IMG/VR virus record: IMGVR_UViG_3300027841_000073
Location: 1 to 64,000 of that record
Origin: a virus
Direction: 5' to 3' (one strand)
DNA length: 64,000 nt
This document shows positions 59,099 through 64,000 of this stretch, one piece after another (the stretch's first letter is position 1; the number at the start of each line of letters is the position of its first letter). Under the pieces are notes generated by a model. It saw nothing but the letters and a program-made list of their open reading frames with translations, had not been told where the DNA came from and searched no databases. The translations under genes and the position numbers were made by a program.

Positions 59099-59839
59099 AT
59101 GAAAATAAAAACTTTAAGAGACTTATATACTACAATTCCAACAGTTAAAGAACTTAGTAGAATTGTGTCTTTTAAAATGGGGGAACATGCAAACAATTGT
59201 TTCTGTTATGCGGGAAACATGGGTTCTCAATATTGTACTTTACAAACAAGAATGCTAATAGAGGCAATATCAATACCTTTGTGGAAAAGATTTCCTGAAA
59301 GAGTAGATAGAAGATTATCCATAGGGGATGGCTGTTCTTTTGATGGTACTACTGCTACTGGTCATGCTTCCCATGCAAGCGGTACTAAAGTAGATTTCAA
59401 TTATTTTACTTTTAAATATAATCGTACTCAATATATACCTTATTGGATGGATCAATCAAGGTCTAAGGAAAAAGGTTATTCCATGTTTCAAAAAGAAATT
59501 ATTCATATATGGAATAATCCACAAAAAGGTAGAAGTCTTATACAAGGTGTATTTGATTGGGAAAGAAATTTTTTCTTTTTTGCATGGGTAATAGAAGCAC
59601 TTCCAACTACTACTGTATTGGTTTCTAACGGAATTAAAAATGTGTTAAGGAATCAAGCATCAAAAAAATATCCTGAACTTTGGAATCAAATAGAAAAGAA
59701 TATACAAGGGGATGATAACCCGGATTGGAATCATCATTTACATTGTCATACAAATTTTGGTTCTCTTGATATTCCAAATGGAATAGAAATAGATTGGGAT
59801 AAAAAACTTTCATGGTTGACTACTTGTAAGGAAATTTAA
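59099..59839 (+). CDS. MepA-like (LAS/M74) murein endopeptidase
   Basis: IGD.S..G....GHASH..G..VD and HHLHCH zinc motifs; AAGGAG SD and ATG 59099. Confidence 0.7.
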   Translation: MKIKTLRDLYTTIPTVKELSRIVSFKMGEHANNCFCYAGNMGSQYCTLQTRMLIEAISIPLWKRFPERVDRRLSIGDGCSFDGTTATGHASHASGTKVDFNYFTFKYNRTQYIPYWMDQSRSKEKGYSMFQKEIIHIWNNPQKGRSLIQGVFDWERNFFFFAWVIEALPTTTVLVSNGIKNVLRNQASKKYPELWNQIEKNIQGDDNPDWNHHLHCHTNFGSLDIPNGIEIDWDKKLSWLTTCKEI

Positions 59840-59874
59840 ACCTATTACCAGAAAAAGTATAAGGAGGTAGAAAA

Positions 59875-60234
59875 ATGAAACGTAATAGTGTATGTATTAG
59901 TAAGGGTATGTATAAGTTTTTGAAAGACTATGGTATAAAAGTGTATTTTAAAAATCATGTTATAACAGAAACAGCAAACGAAAGGAGTTTAGTAACAGAA
60001 TACAATTGGGAATTTGAAAATGAAAGCATTGGTTCAATAATAAATCCTAAAGGTAAAGTCATTCATGTATTGAAAAAGTATAAATTAAGAAGTGGAAAAT
60101 ATGTTAAGGAATTCATTCAAGGTAAAATAGAAAGTGAAGATTTGTATTTTATAGCATTAAAGTATGCTGATAATGGGGTTAGAGTAAAAGATTCTTTATG
60201 GAATAATGAAAAAATAAAATTTTTTGAAAGGTAA
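59875..60234 (+). CDS. Hypothetical protein
   Basis: AAGGAGG SD. Confidence 0.65.
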   Translation: MKRNSVCISKGMYKFLKDYGIKVYFKNHVITETANERSLVTEYNWEFENESIGSIINPKGKVIHVLKKYKLRSGKYVKEFIQGKIESEDLYFIALKYADNGVRVKDSLWNNEKIKFFER

Positions 60235-60239
60235 AATGT

Positions 60240-60404
60240 ATGGCTATGAGTGAAGAAGTTAAAAAAATAGTTTATGATTGGCTTAATCCTACTAAAAAAT
60301 GTAAAGAAGATTGTCATATTTTTAGATGGTATGGTACTGCTATTAACCAAAAACATGGTAAAGTAGTATGTTTATGTGGTAAGGAGGTTATATATGAAAA
60401 CTAA
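60240..60404 (+). CDS. Small Cys-containing protein (54 aa)
   Basis: Not in the track. MAMSEEVKKIVYDWLNP...C...C...CLC; fills the intergenic gap. Confidence 0.5.
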   Translation: MAMSEEVKKIVYDWLNPTKKCKEDCHIFRWYGTAINQKHGKVVCLCGKEVIYEN

Positions 60405-60591
60405 TGCCGCTGTTGTGGATCAAGAATTACATATTATAATGTTTAAAGTAGAGGATTCTTTAGCAGAAGGTATTGAACATTACAGGGCATCCGATAAAAA
60501 GTTTTTGGATAATGTGATAGATGTAGTATCAGCTTTAATGGATGAAGGGGAAGTACTATTGGTACATTCTAAAAATGCTATAGATACTTAA
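60394..60591 (+). CDS. Hypothetical protein
   Basis: AAGGAGG SD and ATG 60394. Confidence 0.6.
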   Translation: MKTNAAVVDQELHIIMFKVEDSLAEGIEHYRASDKKFLDNVIDVVSALMDEGEVLLVHSKNAIDT

Positions 60592-60600
60592 TGAGGTAGT

Positions 60601-61038
60601 ATGTTTAATAAAATTAAAAATCTATTCAAAAAACCAGTAGCAAAAAAATGGAGGTATGAAGAAATGACAATGCGTGAAATGTCTGATTATGAATTATCAC
60701 AAGTAGTAGGTCAAGCAGGTGGGTTATTTCTTACAGATTCATTTGGATTTACAGTAGGGGAAGAAGTAACCAATGAAGAATTGCGTAATCTTATAAATAG
60801 TAATCTGTCTGAATTAAATAATTTAGGTAATCCAGTTGCTATATTAAATGTGTATATGGCAATGGCAAAAGTAATGAGTGCAGAACAGGTAAATGAATTT
60901 ACTAAAATAATGATAGAACAAATGTTCAAGGGGGCATTGCAGGAAATAAAAAATTTATGTGAGATAGCAGGCTTGAAAATGACAGTTCATAATTATAGTG
61001 TAAATGTAACGGGTAATTTTAAAGTGGAATTTCATTGA
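60601..61038 (+). CDS. Hypothetical protein
   Basis: GAGGT SD; 145 aa. Confidence 0.6.
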   Translation: MFNKIKNLFKKPVAKKWRYEEMTMREMSDYELSQVVGQAGGLFLTDSFGFTVGEEVTNEELRNLINSNLSELNNLGNPVAILNVYMAMAKVMSAEQVNEFTKIMIEQMFKGALQEIKNLCEIAGLKMTVHNYSVNVTGNFKVEFH

Positions 61039-61250
61039 TGAATATAATTGAAGTAGTAGAAAATATAAAAGAGAATGATAAGATTAAACGTAATAAGTGG
61101 GGTAATAATTTTCTTAAAGCAAGAAAAGACCCTTACGGTGGTTTGTATTTTTTGATGTGTTCTACTGAAACATCTTATGAAACTTCTTATGCATTTAAAG
61201 TAGATGATCTCATAGCTAATGATTGGGAGGTTATAAATGGAAATACTTAA
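61035..61250 (+). CDS. DUF2829/Tad2-like small protein
   Basis: MN..E....IK...KIKR.KW...DLIANDWEVI pattern. Confidence 0.6.
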   Translation: MMNIIEVVENIKENDKIKRNKWGNNFLKARKDPYGGLYFLMCSTETSYETSYAFKVDDLIANDWEVINGNT

Positions 61251-61512
61251 CCATGATATATCCAAATTGAAGTTTCCCGCTGTTTTTAGAAAACCAATAG
61301 ATGATGAAAAAGCTTTATTTAAAAGAGAGTATGTTGTAGAAGTATATGGTATTTTAATGGATAACGAATTAGAATATTGGGGATGTACTATTTTATTTAT
61401 AAAAGTATTTAATTATTTTAATGGTGTATGCCATTCAAATTCAATTATTGAAATGGTTACTTTGGATTATTTTAATAAAAATTTTAATGATTACATTTTA
61501 AAGGAGGTTTAA
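61237..61512 (+). CDS. Hypothetical protein
   Basis: GGGAGG SD. Confidence 0.55.
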   Translation: MEILNHDISKLKFPAVFRKPIDDEKALFKREYVVEVYGILMDNELEYWGCTILFIKVFNYFNGVCHSNSIIEMVTLDYFNKNFNDYILKEV

Positions 61513-61848
61513 ATGGATGTTAAAGATGTAGTAGAAGATGAAAAAGGATTTGCGGGTAGAGTTTTGGAACAAAAAGAAAAAATGGAAAAACAAAAAGTGT
61601 TAATTGTAGGAGATAATGCTATACCAGAAATTAAATCTGATATTGCTGTTATTACAGATGATGGAGTAATGGAAAGAAAAGAAATTGAAGAAAAAGCGAA
61701 AGAGATTGAAGTACCAAATAAATTTGAATCACGAAAGCATAAGCCTACTTTTACAAAAAAATACGTAAGTAAGGATAAGAAAAAAACAAAGAAAAAGATA
61801 TCAGTAGCAAGTAGAAATAAAAACAGAAAACTAAAAAAAGGTAAATAA
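61513..61848 (+). CDS. Hypothetical protein with basic C-terminus
   Basis: AAGGAGG SD. Confidence 0.6.
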   Translation: MDVKDVVEDEKGFAGRVLEQKEKMEKQKVLIVGDNAIPEIKSDIAVITDDGVMERKEIEEKAKEIEVPNKFESRKHKPTFTKKYVSKDKKKTKKKISVASRNKNRKLKKGK

Positions 61849-61849
61849 A

Positions 61850-62062
61850 ATGTGTGAAGATGATATAGTAAAGGAGGTAGTAAAGTTTAAATGCCAAAGA
61901 GCCTTAATTCTAAAATCATTGCGATTACAATTAGGGATTTCTGCATTTAGATTAGCAAAAAGAATTAATAAAAAAGTAATGGATATTTATAGGATTGAAG
62001 GTAGTAAATTAATTACTGATGAAGAACTTGAAAAATTTTTAACTGGATTGAGATTGATTTAA
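61850..62062 (+). CDS. XRE-type helix-turn-helix protein
   Basis: LKSLRLQLGIS...LAKRI......IYRIEG. Confidence 0.65.
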   Translation: MCEDDIVKEVVKFKCQRALILKSLRLQLGISAFRLAKRINKKVMDIYRIEGSKLITDEELEKFLTGLRLI

Positions 62063-62069
62063 ACTATGT

Positions 62070-62156
62070 GCGGAAGTGGCGGAATAGGCAGACGCAAGAG
62101 ACTTAAAATCTCTCGGTCGTATGATCGTATGGGTTCAAGTCCCATCTTCCGCACCA
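62070..62156 (+). tRNA. tRNA-Leu(TAA)
   Basis: GCGGAAG/CTTCCGC acceptor stem, AGAGA-CTTAAAA-TCTCT anticodon arm, long variable arm and encoded CCA. Confidence 0.95.
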
Positions 62157-62187
62157 TTTTCAAATAAATATAAAAAGGAGAATAACA

Positions 62188-62414
62188 TGAACGGTAGAAT
62201 TTCAAAATTTTTGCGTAGACAAAATATTCCCGGAATAGTAATAGAGAAAAATTTATATCCTATTCATGGTCCTTTAGTAGAAAGTAATGAAGGATATTAT
62301 TTTAAAAATTCACCTTTTAGTTCTAACGTAGAAAAAATGCTTAGACGTTTTTGGACAACATTAAGCCCAAAACAAAAAAAGCAATTTAAAAAAGAAGTAG
62401 TGAAAGGAGAATAA
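62188..62414 (+). CDS. Hypothetical protein
   Basis: AAGGAG SD and ATG (MNGRISK). The track's earlier start lies inside the tRNA. Confidence 0.6.
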
Positions 62415-62419
62415 ATATA

Positions 62420-64000
62420 ATGCTTACTGAAAATGCAGAGAAAATTTTAAATAAAAGATATTATGAACGTGATGAATCTAATAATGTAATAGAAGATTGG
62501 TCTAAACTTTGTCATAGAGTATCCAATGCCCTTGCTTCCGTAGAAAATAAAGAAGAACAAGAGTATTGGAGTAGTAAATTTTATGATTTAATGCATAATT
62601 TGGATTTTTTACCCAATTCCCCCGCTTTAAGAAATTTAAAAGTAGGTAAAAAAGGAATGGGTAGTGCATGTTTAACGGGTGATACTATTATACATACTTT
62701 AAAAGGGGAATTTACAATTAGGGATTTAGCAAAAAAATCAAATAGAAATTTTTTAGTTTATAGTTGTGACAATGGTAGGTTACGCATAGGTAAGGCTTTT
62801 AATCCAAGATTAACCAAAAAAAATGCAAAAGTTTATGAAATAACTTTATCTGTTGTTAATGATATTAAATTTTCTAATAGCATAAAAAGAATTTCCAATA
62901 GTAATGTTGTTAAAAATGGTGAATGCAAAATAAAATTAACTGCCGATCATCTGGTTATGATGCGGGATGGTTCGTATAAACGAGTAGATGAAATTAAAAT
63001 TAATGATTCTGTAATGCCATTTAATCACGCATATTATCATGATAGACTTGAAATTTACAAAAATATTAATTCTGATAGAATAGATGCTTCACGTTTTGCA
63101 TATGAAGAATTTACAAATAATAAAATAGAAAAAGGTTTTATTATTCATCATATAAATAAAAACCATAAAGATAATAGACCTAAAAATTTAAAGAAAATGA
63201 GTAAGACAGAGCATAATTCTTATCATGCTAAAGTACATAATGCTATGTTTACCGAATCAGGAAGAAGAAAAATATCAAAGTTAATGCAAGGTAATTGCAG
63301 AGCTAAAGGTTGTATAAGATCTAAAGATTTTAAGGAAGCTTTAAGTAAAAATAATGGTATGAAAAATAAGGAAACTGTTAATAAAGCTATTTTTACAAAG
63401 GTATTTAAAGTATTAGATGATATGAAAAGTAATGGTTTGGATTTTACAAAATTTAATTACAATAAATATAAACCGCAAAGAGTATCGAGTATAAGCACAC
63501 TTATAAAAAATGGTCGTATAAAATCTTTTAATAACCTAGTTAACTTGTATAATAATTACATACCTGATAATCATAAAGTTATTAGTATTAAATATGTTGG
63601 GAAAGAAGATGTTTATGATTTATCAGTTGAAAAATATCATAATTTTGCGGCTAATGGTATTTTTATTCATAACTGTTTTGTTTTACCTATTGAAGATAGT
63701 CGAGATAGTATTTTTACAACTTTAAAAGATATGGTGGATGTTCAAGCTTTTGGTGGTGGTTGTGGAACCAATTTTAGTACTCTTAGACCTAAAGGGTATA
63801 AAATCAAAACTACTAATGGTAAATCAAGCGGTCCTATTTCCTTTATTTCAATTTTTGATTATGTACTTGGTAATGTTATACAACAAGGTGGTGTAAGACA
63901 TGGGGCAAGCATGGGTATTTTAAATATTAATCATCCTGATATAGAAGAATTTATTACTTGCAAAAATATCGAAGGAGTTTTATCCCACTTTAATTTATCA
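62420..64000 (+). CDS. nrdJ: Class II (B12-dependent) ribonucleotide reductase, intein-containing, runs off the window
   Basis: MLTENA..IL.KRY...FLPNSP...SA|CFVLPIEDS...GGG.G.NFS.LRP.G...SGPISF...QGGVR.GA.M...HPDIEEFI. Confidence 0.9.
   Translation, partial: MLTENAEKILNKRYYERDESNNVIEDWSKLCHRVSNALASVENKEEQEYWSSKFYDLMHNLDFLPNSPALRNLKVGKKGMGSACLTGDTIIHTLKGEFTIRDLAKKSNRNFLVYSCDNGRLRIGKAFNPRLTKKNAKVYEITLSVVNDIKFSNSIKRISNSNVVKNGECKIKLTADHLVMMRDGSYKRVDEIKINDSVMPFNHAYYHDRLEIYKNINSDRIDASRFAYEEFTNNKIEKGFIIHHINKNHKDNRPKNLKKMSKTEHNSYHAKVHNAMFTESGRRKISKLMQGNCRAKGCIRSKDFKEALSKNNGMKNKETVNKAIFTKVFKVLDDMKSNGLDFTKFNYNKYKPQRVSSISTLIKNGRIKSFNNLVNLYNNYIPDNHKVISIKYVGKEDVYDLSVEKYHNFAANGIFIHNCFVLPIEDSRDSIFTTLKDMVDVQAFGGGCGTNFSTLRPKGYKIKTTNGKSSGPISFISIFDYVLGNVIQQGGVRHGASMGILNINHPDIEEFITCKNIEGVLSHFNLS
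62669..63673 (+). mobile_element. Intein (335 aa) with HNH endonuclease in nrdJ
   Basis: Starts CLTGDT, has LTADHLV and IHHINKN..DNR..NL, and ends VYDL.V..YHNFAANGIFIHN followed by Cys. Confidence 0.92.

Noticed and set aside
57987-59839. Archaeal host suggested by pdaD plus tRNA-Ile2
   Set aside because: Bacterial-type tRNAs and a murein-endopeptidase-like gene favour a bacterial host.
62070-62156. tRNA with TAA in the anticodon loop as an ochre suppressor explaining the in-frame TAA stops
   Set aside because: Anticodon TAA reads UUA (Leu); an ochre suppressor would need TTA. The body is a typical long-arm tRNA-Leu.
1-64000. Genome-wide stop-codon reassignment
   Set aside because: Long genes are intact under code 11, and TAA, TAG and TGA all end genes at coupled junctions. 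Only two local in-frame TAA cases were seen.

Overview
This is a 64-kb, very AT-rich segment of a large contractile-tailed (myovirus-type) bacteriophage genome that uses the standard genetic code. Bases 1-51.6 kb form one minus-strand virion/late block: baseplate genes, tape-measure-like gene, tail chaperone, two tail tubes, a 1178-aa sheath, an 1884-aa SNF2 helicase, and head/neck-type genes. Beyond 51.7 kb lie a RuvC-like resolvase, an HUH-like protein, metabolic and accessory genes, two tRNAs and an intein-containing class II ribonucleotide reductase. The main unexplained signal is a ~15-20-aa peptide tag, M(F)KITAxEKQxILKRR-x-[VIA]-x-[ASG]. I count 27 copies in 25 ORFs whose remaining sequences are unrelated apart from one paralogous pair (19 N-terminal, 5 internal, 1 C-terminal). 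Tagged cargoes include several ADP-ribosyltransferase folds, a kinase, a ParB/Srx domain, a Cys-His-Asp enzyme, an AAA ATPase and many small unknowns. My best interpretation (inference) is a portable capsid-packaging or maturation tag that loads an effector arsenal into the virion, analogous to but different in sequence from the T4 internal-protein capsid-targeting sequence. Other signals: in-frame TAA interruptions in two double-tagged paralogs, a recurrent strand-specific late-promoter-like motif, a probable +1 frameshift before the tape measure gene, nested domain insertions in the sheath, and a pseudoknot-like RNA before tRNA-Ile2. All family assignments come from motif recognition by eye; no database searches were run.
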